Below are positions 10,357 to 21,501 of a stretch of 64,000 nt of DNA, piece after piece. The notes under the pieces were generated by a model, which saw only the letters and a list, made by a program, of their open reading frames with translations, was not told where the DNA came from and made no database searches. A program made the translations under genes and the position numbers. The DNA is from Hydrurus foetidus (lineage: Eukaryota). Position 1 is the first letter of the stretch; each line of letters opens with the position of its first letter. The stretch is from the NCBI GenBank assembly GCA_900617105.1, contig UYFQ01000134.1:1-64000 (forward strand). The letters are read 5' to 3'.

Positions 10357-13300
10357 GTCACACACAACTCAACTCCTTGGTCCTTCACACCCCCATAAGG
10401 ATTCTGCTTTTTCGAAATACGGAAATCAAAATTTTCGTTTCACCACCCAGCCGTCCCCAGCATCATCACTTCAATGCTCTAAGCACTGCATAGCTCTGCA
10501 ACATCCTCAACAACCATAGCGTTTCGTCCTTTGCCGTCAGGAACATTTTTTTCTATCGTGATGCAATTACTAAGGTAGGGTAATTGTTATGGCCGCAAAA
10601 TCTATATTGCGCTCAACGCAATGAACGCCACGACGTCTTTAATAACAGCTTAGATTCACCTAACTTCGTCCAGACCTTGAGTTTTTTGGCGCAACAATGT
10701 TCAAACTCCTTAGAATACACTTTGAAATCTGATTTACAAACTTGCGCCAAAAAGAAGCAATTTGCCATGCAATTGGACATGATGCCCCAGACTTGTAATT
10801 TAATTATCGATTGAAAATTGACGATAGAAACTTCTGCGGGCAAATTTGGATCGTAGGAAACTTCATACTTGGTGAATCAACATCGGAGGCAGAGTAGCAG
10901 CGAAAAACAGCAATTGTCTAAACTCATTGATGATGAAATTATCACCAAATTTCAAGCAAAAACGATGACACTGGGATGTTTCAAGAAAAATTGAGCACAC
11001 CATTTACAGGATTCTTTGAAACGATTCCTGATAGAAGATATTCCTTTTGTACTTTCTGACGAAGCTCGGGACAAGAATCGATTTGGGAATATCTTAGCTA
11101 TGTCCAGAAAATCGATAACGTTATTGCTTGAAAGAAAAAATTAGAAAAATGTCCAAAACTCCATTTCGCTACTGAACCTGGCCAAGTTCATCCTCCTTGA
11201 CAAGCCAAGCTACTCAGAAGCTTGCTCACCTCTAAATTGATGGAGCTCTGCTCCCGACTAGAATACTGCCGATACGGCAGTACTGGAACGAGGGTTGATA
11301 CAGTCTCCAAAACGACTGTTGATTTTCACGGTTTCGATCCCTTAAAAAGGAAGAATTTAAAAAAGTGACGTTTTAAAACACATCATTTTCAATAATTTTT
11401 TGTAGAAAATTTCCCTACATGATTTGATAGGTGAGTGCATTGGCTATCGAATGCACCATTCAGAAGTTCTTGGTCCCCTACGGTATTTTGGCACCCTCTC
11501 ACAACTTTTTTCGCTGAATGATGTAAATGGTGCGTTCAATTCACAGTGTCCATATTAGTCGGTTGTGTGATTTAGAAAAGTAAAGTTGAAATGTTTTACA
11601 GCAGTTAAAGTCTTAAACGTCGTATTTTATCATTCTGACATTATTTACGGAAACGCCGATTCCCGGAAACGGTCACCAGAAGTCAGCCAATTCCAGAGCT
11701 GTGGAAATTCTGGTCATCACGTCGTTGTCAGGGAGACACGTTTTATCAGGTAGCATAGTCAAAAGTTTAAATTTCCATTCGACGACTTTTTTAGCTCGAC
11801 AACTCTCATATAGAATCTCCTGGATTTTGATTGTCTTGCTTGACACTCCTATCCATCGATGTAGACGTCGCCCTTCGAGATAAAGTGCCGGATATCAGTG
11901 ATCAAGAATAATTTAGCTCTTCATCTTGCAGCCGAGGTCTGAAATTGTGTCGACTGTCCTCTGTGATCGTTAAAATTTCACTAAATTTGATCGTCTATTT
12001 TGCCTGTCACCACTCTGGATAAGTCGATTCACTCGCTAGCCTTTTGCGAGTGATATGATGTCGCGACTTTTGGACATTCTCTTGATTCTGCTATGCTGGA
12101 ATCGCCTCCTATTCAATTTTGGGCTACTTTTTTTCTGAGCCATATTTTTCACACGTTGGCAATACCTTAGGCGCCGATCGCAGAACGCGATAAGGCACTC
12201 TGAAGACGACATCTACTGGCCAACTGACTGATTTCTTCACTACGCTTATTTTTCAAATGGAAGACAGACATCTTTACTGTCAAACGATGGATGAGAATTT
12301 GTTGAATGCGAAGACAGGCCCTGCGTTAGCTAGTGCATAGAACCCGAGTAACTTTGATCTTGTTGCAATCATAATTAATTAGAGAAAAGCATTGTGAGCG
12401 AGGCTTTTGAAGAGCAGATTTGATTCCTCCCCGGAGCATGGAAGCTGGAGAGCTGTTACTTAAGGACATGCCCCTCGCACCGAGTGATATTATACCGGGT
12501 AAGACGTAACTACCGGAACCGGGTGTCGCTTCCGCTGTACATTCGACATTGATAGAAGGAGATATTGTAGAGATCTTCTGCATTTGATTTCATTTGGTTT
12601 TATTGTATGAAATCAATGAGCTAGACGTAAAATAATATGTGATATGACATGATGTGATATGATTTGCACTACACCAGATTACGCTGCACTGCTCTCCACG
12701 GTAGTAACATTACTTAGCTCAAATATCATGCCGACTAAAGAATTTTTTATCTGTGCGTTTCCTTTCGATGCCTTCCGAATTATCTCACACATACTCAGAT
12801 CTCCAGCATGGATTTGAAGGAGATGCTCTCTCAAGTTTGGCAGGGACATGCTCATTGCGTCCTTTACTTCCTGAGATAGCTTGGCGGAAGGCAGAACTGC
12901 TGGTGGCTCTAAACCGTGCTCCTTCCAATAAGTGACAAGTAAGTTCATTAATGTGTTCGATGAGACACTGTTTTCGCCCTTAATCATCGTACTAATTTCT
13001 TTGCATTTTTCTTTATCACTTGCGTAGAATGTCTTCAGCAGCTTTCGGAGTGCATCGGTCTTCATTCTTTTAGCTCCCTCCTCATATTTGTCCATTTCAG
13101 GAGCAGGGAGATTGTCCCATTTGTTTATCTTTGCTGTAGTCGATTCTTTAATAGACTGAAGCAATGCGCGACCATCAATCTTCACCAGCCCTTTTGGTGC
13201 GTTAGCTTTCATTTCCAAAACCGTATGCGGCAATGAATGTTTCAGCTCATCAATTTTTTTGCCTTTACTTCTCATCTCAATGACCGTTGGAAGATTAATC

Positions 13301-16300
13301 TTACCATTCACCCTCACACTATCACTGAGCATAACTCCATAGTTGCATAAGCTGCGAGTATAGTAACTCTGATTCTTGCAACTTCTGAACATATGTTTTC
13401 TTTTTCTTTTGTTTATAACAGATTGAACTTCTTTAAAATCCCGCATCTCTCGGACAATAGAACCTTTGACAGAAGAGGCGTGATTCATGTTCTTTGAGTT
13501 TGTCCCGGCAGTTTGGTTCTCTTTAATCTGTGTGGCTGCGAGGGAGAATGTCTGTTCCACTGGTGTGCCTGTTATACACCTTGCTTGAAAATGAACGGTA
13601 AGGGTATCTGCTACCGCTGGAAAGTGCTCTCTGAAAACATCCCAGTATGTATTGTCTATGTGTCCGTGCTCACGCCAGTTCGGGCAGTCTGCATTCAGAT
13701 GATTTAATAAATCGCCTTTCGACAATTTTACGAGATCTCTTATAATGCATTTGTTTTTTAGACCATACGCTTCTACAATCCCCTCAACAATTTCGATGGG
13801 TGCGTGGAGATAACCATCGAGTATTATTTGTTCATATTGAGCAGTAGGAATATTAGGTGCTGCATAAGAACTTGAATCAATTTTCCACTTCAAAGCCTCT
13901 ACTTCTTCCTCAACCATGTTGTTTTCTTTTTCCTTCTCACTTTCTCCTTCATCATCATCACCGTGTTTTTTTTGTCTACTTCCTTCATCAGTTACCGAAT
14001 TCTCATCGTCACTCTTCCCATCATCACTGTCGCTTTCACTATCACTTTCACAGGGAATCACTGCTGCAAAGGGTAAGTGATGTTTTACTACCGGAACTAG
14101 TACGCGATGTAGTATTTGTTCCTCCTTCACGATGCCCAACTGCATTAAAGCTTTGAGTATAGATGCCGCTGCTCCTGGTCCTACGTGTGGATCCACGACC
14201 TGGAGTATACTCCACCCTGGACGGAGTGCTGGATAAAAAAAGTACTTCAATGCGATAGGTAACACTTGACAGGTAGCCTCCTTCATGAGTTTGTTGATAA
14301 ATAGTACGGCATTATCACTCTTATCCACCAGGCCAATTAACTCAGCCCTCTTTGCCTCTTTATCCAAGTAATGTTTTGTGCTGGGTAGTAGTTGCTCCCA
14401 ATCATTTGATAATAAATGAATTTGTTCTAAAAATGACCTGTCAAATCTTACTCCTTCGATAGATCTTGTACTTGCGCATTTTGGAATTTCACCAATCTGG
14501 GAGGGTTTGTCACAGAATGAAGCCCAAGCTAGATGTAGTGTATAAAGTGAGGAAACAATCATGATTATAATCCTCTGGTAGGAGCTACCAAGAAAGCCCA
14601 AGACTTTGAGACAACCCACTGCGCCTTCAGATTTTTTTCCCCCGGGGCAGTGATTTGCCAGGTACAAAACTGCGAGCATAATATGAGACAACTCATCACT
14701 ATCTATACACGTGCAATAGCACTCTGCGGTTAGCCAACTGTCAGACTGCAACCCACCCAATGAATTACGAACATACTCGATGAATTGTGGTGAAGCTGGC
14801 ACCGAAAGTGCTTTCCTTAGATTATCACAAGTCCTCTCTGTGGACAGCCATCGTGTAGCATTAACTAAACCAATCAGACTTCTAATCTCTGTATCTGCTT
14901 CGTTGTATTTGCTCACATCCCCCCAAGGGACTCAACGATTAAAGCGTCCATCATTTTCCAGTAGTACTGCATTCTATAGAGATTCTGTGCCATTGTCATA
15001 TCATACGATAGTCCTTGGCTACCCATTAGAGATTGCAATACATGAGCTAACACTCTCTCTATATTGTGCATTTCACAGGACCTCACGCATGCCTGTCGGA
15101 ACTTGCCTCCATAATCATATACTAAGCCAGGTATTACTTTGCTTTGTCTTTGGAGAAGCTGAGGTGATGTGGAGTATAGCTCCTCTGCTAGTTGATCTAT
15201 GTGCTTTAGTACCAGTACTGCCTCCTCTACAGCTGCACCGAAAGCATCTGTAGTTATGCCCATTATCCACACCATATCTATTCCTATCTCCTTCTGCAAT
15301 CTCTCTATGGTTAATTTCGAACTCCCCACTGCTTTTTTTGTTACAGTCGTATCCAACCGTAAGGCCATCTGTCGGACAACTCCATCAAAACTCACAAACG
15401 TGACAACCTTTCCCACGCAACCCTTGCCACGCTTATTAGATGCATCTAAAATAAGATACGAGTATAGTATTCTACTCTCCGATTCCCGGTCAGTAAAGCG
15501 CTTCGCTATGTCAATTGAAACTAAGAGTGCGGTTCTCTCAGTAGCCAATGCATATGTATTATGAGATTTGATTATACTTGCATAATTAGCTTCTGATATT
15601 TTGCCGAACAATGGGAATAGCACTGTACCTATCACTAACGGGAGTTTCTCGACTGACACTCCACAATTGGATATTAAGTCTTGCAGCAACAAACCACTTA
15701 CAATAGACATACACTGTTCACCGTTGATGTTTTCACTGTACGCCCCACCCTCTTTTATAAGTTCGACTATTTTCTCTCCCACTGTTTTCTCAACTACTTC
15801 ATACTTATTACTGATATTTGATTTGTAATAATCAACTTGCATTCTTTAAATGATCCTCGATGTCTAATTCTGGGGCCTTCTTCAAAGTATCAGGTTCAAC
15901 ATAGAGTGTCGACATTTGACCGTTTGGGAGATCACCAACTTGCTCAGAGATCTTTTGAGCACTGTAGAAATGGTTGTTATCCATAGGTACAAATCTATAG
16001 ACCATAACTGCTAGTGCTTTTGTGCACGCCTTCACTTCTCTGCGAGACGAATCTTGGGGAGAGAAATTGCTCATCCCATCCTACCCCATAGGTGGATATT
16101 ATGGTAGATATGTTAGTACACTGGGTTATAAGGACTATTTCATCAAAAACATCCACCTGAGCAAGATTCCAATGCTGCTCAATTTGCAAGAGTCACCTTT
16201 GTGAGCGCCTCCTTCGAGAAAATCGATGGAAATAAGTTGATAAGCTGTAGCCACTGTACGACAGGATGTAGCCAACTATGTCCTTGTAAAAACTTTGGCT

Positions 16301-16562
16301 GACTCAGATTTCCTGCCAAGTTAATGTGGATTCGTCATTGTGCAACTTCATGCACCTCATTTCTAAGTCGAGGTGATATTTCACAGCAGATCGCATCGTT
16401 ATAGTGACGTTTCCGTTTCCGTGAAAACATTAATGTCAGACAAAAAGGCCACCGTAGGGGACCAAGAAGTTGATAATTTCGAGTTTTGAAAAAGTTATGG
16501 TCGACAGCCCAAAGGGGTGTGAAGGACCAAGAACTCCTGACATTTTTTTTACCGTCAACCGT
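10357..16562 (-). mobile_element. hAT-like DNA transposon (termini not resolved)
   Basis: Inverted subterminal motifs CTTGGTCCTTCACACCCC (~10377 and ~16514-16531) and CTTGGTCCCCTACGGT (~11469 and ~16452-16467) flank a hAT-like transposase. No convincing TSD. Confidence 0.55.
12679..16074 (-). pseudogene. Large hAT-like transposase (~1130 aa) with two frameshifts
   Basis: LDAS, ITTD, CxxH (SCEMH), TRW and VEQTFS motifs in order across ORFs 15832-16074, 14913-15842 and 12679-14916. One break is at a G6 run. Confidence 0.75.
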
Positions 16563-19500
16563 GTACAGTATACCAGTGGTGGAAATAACGCGGTTTCGGT
16601 AAAAACGCGGTTGTACCCTCCGTTCTGCACATGAAAAACTACCACATGAAACTATCATTGGAATGACGAATTCTCCACGAACAAGTAACACCTAGTGCTG
16701 TGTTTAGGATATGTTGCAACAGATGACTCTGTTCACACAATCCAGCAAAAGTTCCAGTGGATTTTGCCTCTCTAAAAAAATCTCGCAGTTACCGTTGGTG
16801 TCTATAGCCATGGAAGCACTCGATGAAACCAGTCGTATCGGTCGGTTTTCTGATCTTTCTGGATCCTACCACAGTGCGGCATCGAAAGTTCTACTGTGTG
16901 AGGAGTATTTCCGAAGTGAATTGTCACCTGATTCGTTCGCCAGGACTCATTCTATACCTCCTACATCTATGAAGCGAATGATCGCAAAGTACAAGGATGA
17001 TCAGGAGTCAGGAATTTCGACTTTTAGAGATTCTGGTTCGGGGAGACCACGAAAGCTCGACAAAGTAGGAGGTCAGAATGTGCTAACCGAGCTGGCGAAG
17101 CGAACAAGAGATCAGCATGCACCTAATAGGGCTGAATTCCAAGCCATACTCATCAAAGAAGTCGAGCAATCATCAAAGCGCAGAAATATTGCTAATGTGT
17201 GCCCTACCATAGTTCCAAAAACGATGTGGAACTACAAAAGTATATTGAAATTGGGACTGAAGACAGCGCAGCTCAAAACGCATGCAAGAATCACTGCGGA
17301 AGGCGATCCAAGAAATTCGTTCAGTATGGCGGTAATGAACAAGGCCTTCAGTGAAAAGCTGCATTCATCCATGATTATCAATTGGGATGCCACCCAATAT
17401 GGGATTTCTCCAGACAAAGATGATATGTGCGTATACTTAAAGGGTAAAGATGTGGGACCTCTCACTTCAGAGAGCGGTGGCGGCACTTATTTATCGGTCA
17501 AGCACTATCACCTTCATAACGCAAATGGTACTGTGGCGCCACCGGTTTTCATCATTGCCGACGATTCAGTTGATGCAGAGTCCTTTGCTTGGCACGACAT
17601 ACCAGAGTTGTCGACGAGCACAGATGTAAACGGGCACGCTTATCTATGCGTCTGCAGGACCCGTAATGCGAATGCCGCATTTTACCGATGGTTCGGTACC
17701 TTCATCGTAGCGCCTTTCATCATCGATGTCCGTGCTCGATCGAAAGCCAAGTATCCTGATGGTACGCCTATGCGTGCGTTCGTTACCTGCGATGGGGAAC
17801 AGGAGCAGATCAGAGTCTTCCAGGAAGAGGACATGCTCGGCGTTTTCGAGAACGCCCTCATTGACTTTGGGAAGATCGCCGCCTCCTGCAGCGGAATCCA
17901 TCAGTCATCGGACGTGAGTCCACTCTTCCGCGCGATCAAGAAAAAGATTCAGTCCGTAGAGACTACTAATTACAAGAGCCCGTTAATGAGCGAAGCACTG
18001 AAAGATGTGTTGCGTGGGTGTGGCTACTCAAGTGCGATGAAGACAAAGATCAGTGATTCAATTCAAAAGATAGTGAAGACAATCAGATCAGTGATGACAG
18101 CAGAGATGATTATCACAGGCTACGAGAGAACAGGACAGTATCCTGTGGATTTCGCCAGAACACTACGTCAGACTACATACACATTCAGCATCAAACAGTG
18201 GTCCTCTATGACTAATGCTGTGGACGATGCTGTGGCCATCTTTCGCGCGAGAGGTGCGCTTTCAGAAGACGAGATGGACACCTTGGAAATCCCCAGCGTG
18301 AATGAGGAACAGGTCAACCAACGCCCGAAAGATCAGCGCATGCTCCACCAGCAGCGCGCAGTCATCATGAACTCCGTCGACTGCATGACTCAGATTTCCT
18401 GCCAAGTTAATGTGGATTCGTCATTGTGCAACTTCATGCACCTCATTTCTAAGTCGAGGTGATATTTCACAGCAGATCGCATCGTTATAGTGACGTTTCC
18501 GTTTCCGTGAAAACATTAATGTCAGACAAAAAGGCCACCGTAGGGGACCAAGAAGTTGATAATTTCGAGTTTTGAAAAAGTTATGGTCGACAGCCCAAAG
18601 GGGTGTGAAGGACCAAGAACTCCTGACATTTTTTTTACCGTCAACCGTGTACAGTATACCAGTGGTGGAAATAACGCGGTTTCGGTAAAAACGCGGTTGT
18701 ACCCTCCGTTCTGCACATGAAAAACTACCACATGAAACTATCATTGGAATGACGAATTCTCCACGAACAAGTAACACCTAGTGCTGTGTTTAGGATATGT
18801 TGCAACAGATGACTCTGTTCACACAATCCAGCAAAAGTTCCAGTGGATTTTGCCTCTCTAAAAAAATCTCGCAGTTACCGTTGGTGTCTATAGCCATGGA
18901 AGCACTCGATGAAACCAGTCGTATCGGTCGGTTTTCTGATCTTTCTGGATCCTACCACAGTGCGGCATCGAAAGTTCTACTGTGTGAGGAGTATTTCCGA
19001 AGTGAATTGTCACCTGATTCGTTCGCCAGGACTCATTCTATACCTCCTACATCTATGAAGCGAATGATCGCAAAGTACAAGGATGATCAGGAGTCAGGAA
19101 TTTCGACTTTTAGAGATTCTGGTTCGGGGAGACCACGAAAGCTCGACAAAGTAGGAGGTCAGAATGTGCTAACCGAGCTGGCGAAGCGAACAAGAGATCA
19201 GCATGCACCTAATAGGGCTGAATTCCAAGCCATACTCATCAAAGAAGTCGAGCAATCATCAAAGCGCAGAAATATTGCTAATGTGTGCCCTACCATAGTT
19301 CCAAAAACGATGTGGAACTACAAAAGTATATTGAAATTGGGACTGAAGACAGCGCAGCTCAAAACGCATGCAAGAATCACTGCGGAAGGCGATCCAAGAA
19401 ATTCGTTCAGTATGGCGGTAATGAACAAGGCCTTCAGTGAAAAGCTGCATTCATCCATGATTATCAATTGGGATGCCACCCAATATGGGATTTCTCCAGA

Positions 19501-20471
19501 CAAAGATGATATGTGCGTATACTTAAAGGGTAAAGATGTGGGACCTCTCACTTCAGAGAGCGGTGGCGGCACTTATTTATCGGTCAAGCACTATCACCTT
19601 CATAACGCAAATGGTACTGTGGCGCCACCGGTTTTCATCATTGCCGACGATTCAGTTGATGCAGAGTCCTTTGCTTGGCACGACATACCAGAGTTGTCGA
19701 CGAGCACAGATGTAAACGGGCACGCTTATCTATGCGTCTGCAGGACCCGTAATGCGAATGCCGCATTTTACCGATGGTTCGGTACCTTCATCGTAGCGCC
19801 TTTTATCATCGATGTCCGTGCTCGATCGAAAGCCAAGTATCCTGATGGTACGCCTATGCGTGCGTTCGTTACCTGCGATGGGGAACAGGAGCAGATCAGA
19901 GTCTTCCAGGAAGAGGACATGCTCGGCGTTTTCGAGAACGCCCTCATTGACTTTGGGAAGATCGCCGCCTCCTGCAGCGGAATCCATCAGTCATCGGACG
20001 TGAGTCCACTCTTCCGCGCGATCAAGAAAAAGATTCAGTCCGTAGAGACTACTAATTACAAGAGCCCGTTAATGAGCGAAGCACTGAAAGATGTGTTGCG
20101 TGGGTGTGGCTACTCAAGTGCGATGAAGACAAAGATCAGTGATTCAATTCAAAAGATAGTGAAGACAATCAGATCAGTGATGACAGCAGAGATGATTATC
20201 ACAGGCTACGAGAGAACAGGACAGTATCCTGTGGATTTCGCCAGAACACTACGTCAGACTACATACACATTCAGCATCAAACAGTGGTCCTCTATGACTA
20301 ATGCTGTGGACGATGCTGTGGCCATCTTTCGCGCGAGAGGTGCGCTTTCAGAGGACGAGATGGACACCTTGGAAATCCCCAGCGTGAATGAGGAACAGGT
20401 CAACCAACGCCCGAAAGATCAGCGCATGCTCCACCAGCAGCGCGCAGTCATCATGAACTCCGTCGACTGCA
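16300..20471. repeat. Tandem duplication, 2086-bp unit (16300-18385 / 18386-20471)
   Basis: Near-identical copies. I saw two synonymous differences and 1-bp microhomology at the junction. Confidence 0.95.
16711..18462 (+). CDS. pogo-like DDD transposase, C-terminally truncated duplicate (likely start 16810)
   Basis: Identical to 18797-20779 up to ...MNSVDC, then reads into the duplicated flank. Confidence 0.85.
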   Translation: MLQQMTLFTQSSKSSSGFCLSKKISQLPLVSIAMEALDETSRIGRFSDLSGSYHSAASKVLLCEEYFRSELSPDSFARTHSIPPTSMKRMIAKYKDDQESGISTFRDSGSGRPRKLDKVGGQNVLTELAKRTRDQHAPNRAEFQAILIKEVEQSSKRRNIANVCPTIVPKTMWNYKSILKLGLKTAQLKTHARITAEGDPRNSFSMAVMNKAFSEKLHSSMIINWDATQYGISPDKDDMCVYLKGKDVGPLTSESGGGTYLSVKHYHLHNANGTVAPPVFIIADDSVDAESFAWHDIPELSTSTDVNGHAYLCVCRTRNANAAFYRWFGTFIVAPFIIDVRARSKAKYPDGTPMRAFVTCDGEQEQIRVFQEEDMLGVFENALIDFGKIAASCSGIHQSSDVSPLFRAIKKKIQSVETTNYKSPLMSEALKDVLRGCGYSSAMKTKISDSIQKIVKTIRSVMTAEMIITGYERTGQYPVDFARTLRQTTYTFSIKQWSSMTNAVDDAVAIFRARGALSEDEMDTLEIPSVNEEQVNQRPKDQRMLHQQRAVIMNSVDCMTQISCQVNVDSSLCNFMHLISKSR

Positions 20472-21272
20472 TTGCGAAGTACAAAAATCATTACGAGAAC
20501 AAGGAGTTAGGTGTGATCGAAAAAGTTGCCGCAAGACAGCGCAGAGAAATAGCCAAGGACGCGGCGAAAGAGATAAAGGAGAAGAAGAAGATTGAAAGAG
20601 ATGCCTTCAACAACCTGCCTGCCGCCGAGAAAAAGGCAATTCGCAAATCCAAAAGGGATGCAGCTGCCGCCGCCAAGATACTCACCGCCCTCGTCGCCGC
20701 GGAGGAGCAGGCCAAATCCAGCGAGAGCGATGATGACCTTGATATCTTTGCCGATGAGGACCTTTATGATTGCAATTAATTAGGCAGAGTTTAGTTACAA
20801 ATCTGTTGTTTGAATTTGTCATTGATGTGGGTTCAGATGTAAGGAATGATATTCTATCAACGATTCTTGGCATCGGTAGTCTACAAGCGAATTCAAGCTT
20901 CATTGATTCTCATCCCCAGTTGAGTTCACCTAGGGTATCAACATCAGAAAAGATAAATGGTTCAGTTAGGCATCATCTGCTGATCCGGGGAGACTTGATT
21001 TCTTCTCTGAGTTGCTGAATCTGTCAATCCCTCGCTGAAGATGCCCCACCACTGCTAAAAATTCCTCTGCTGCGAGAGTGATATTTCCAAGGAACCAAAA
21101 TAGGATGTGGGATATCTCGTGGCTGTTGATATGCCTACAAATTCTCGTGGAGTAATATCCACGATCAGGAGAGATTTTCAACTTTCCGAGGTCTCCCGCC
21201 ACTAAAAAGAATGGAGAATCTCCCGAGGGTACAACCGCGTTTTTACCGAAACCGCGTTATTTCCACCACTGG
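18659..21272 (+). mobile_element. Complete pogo-like DNA transposon with CCAGTG termini
   Basis: Perfect 48-bp TIR (CCAGTGGTGGAAATAACGCGG...GTACCCTC), TATA on both sides, single intact ORF. A duplicated left end lies at 16573. Confidence 0.92.
18797..20779 (+). CDS. pogo-like (DDE_1-type) DD39D transposase, intact (likely start 18896)
   Basis: HTH plus GRPR linker; IINWDATQ, VTCDGEQ, HQSSDVSPLFRAIK and GYERTGQYP correspond to pogo N-DET, DG, QPLDV..F..LK and GI.P; basic/acidic tail. Confidence 0.8.
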   Translation: MLQQMTLFTQSSKSSSGFCLSKKISQLPLVSIAMEALDETSRIGRFSDLSGSYHSAASKVLLCEEYFRSELSPDSFARTHSIPPTSMKRMIAKYKDDQESGISTFRDSGSGRPRKLDKVGGQNVLTELAKRTRDQHAPNRAEFQAILIKEVEQSSKRRNIANVCPTIVPKTMWNYKSILKLGLKTAQLKTHARITAEGDPRNSFSMAVMNKAFSEKLHSSMIINWDATQYGISPDKDDMCVYLKGKDVGPLTSESGGGTYLSVKHYHLHNANGTVAPPVFIIADDSVDAESFAWHDIPELSTSTDVNGHAYLCVCRTRNANAAFYRWFGTFIVAPFIIDVRARSKAKYPDGTPMRAFVTCDGEQEQIRVFQEEDMLGVFENALIDFGKIAASCSGIHQSSDVSPLFRAIKKKIQSVETTNYKSPLMSEALKDVLRGCGYSSAMKTKISDSIQKIVKTIRSVMTAEMIITGYERTGQYPVDFARTLRQTTYTFSIKQWSSMTNAVDDAVAIFRARGALSEDEMDTLEIPSVNEEQVNQRPKDQRMLHQQRAVIMNSVDCIAKYKNHYENKELGVIEKVAARQRREIAKDAAKEIKEKKKIERDAFNNLPAAEKKAIRKSKRDAAAAAKILTALVAAEEQAKSSESDDDLDIFADEDLYDCN

Positions 21273-21501
21273 TATAACGGATCTCAACAGCGAACCGAAA
21301 ACCGAAACCTCTGTATCCGGTGTCCCTTGCCTCCTGCATATTATATTTATGTTGAATTTTTGAGTGTAAAATTATCAACAGCAGAGAAATATTGACAGGC
21401 CATAGATGCAGCAGCTAGAAACTCTTGGAGAAGTTAACACCCTAGACTGGATTCCTCTCAGCAAGTGGCAACCCTTATCGCAGTCCACCATCCAAACCGT
21501 C

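Noticed and set aside
11460..16540. TCAG...CTGA termini with a CAT duplication as ends of the hAT-like element
   Set aside because: A 3-bp match is weak evidence, and the motif order fits subterminal repeats of a longer element better.
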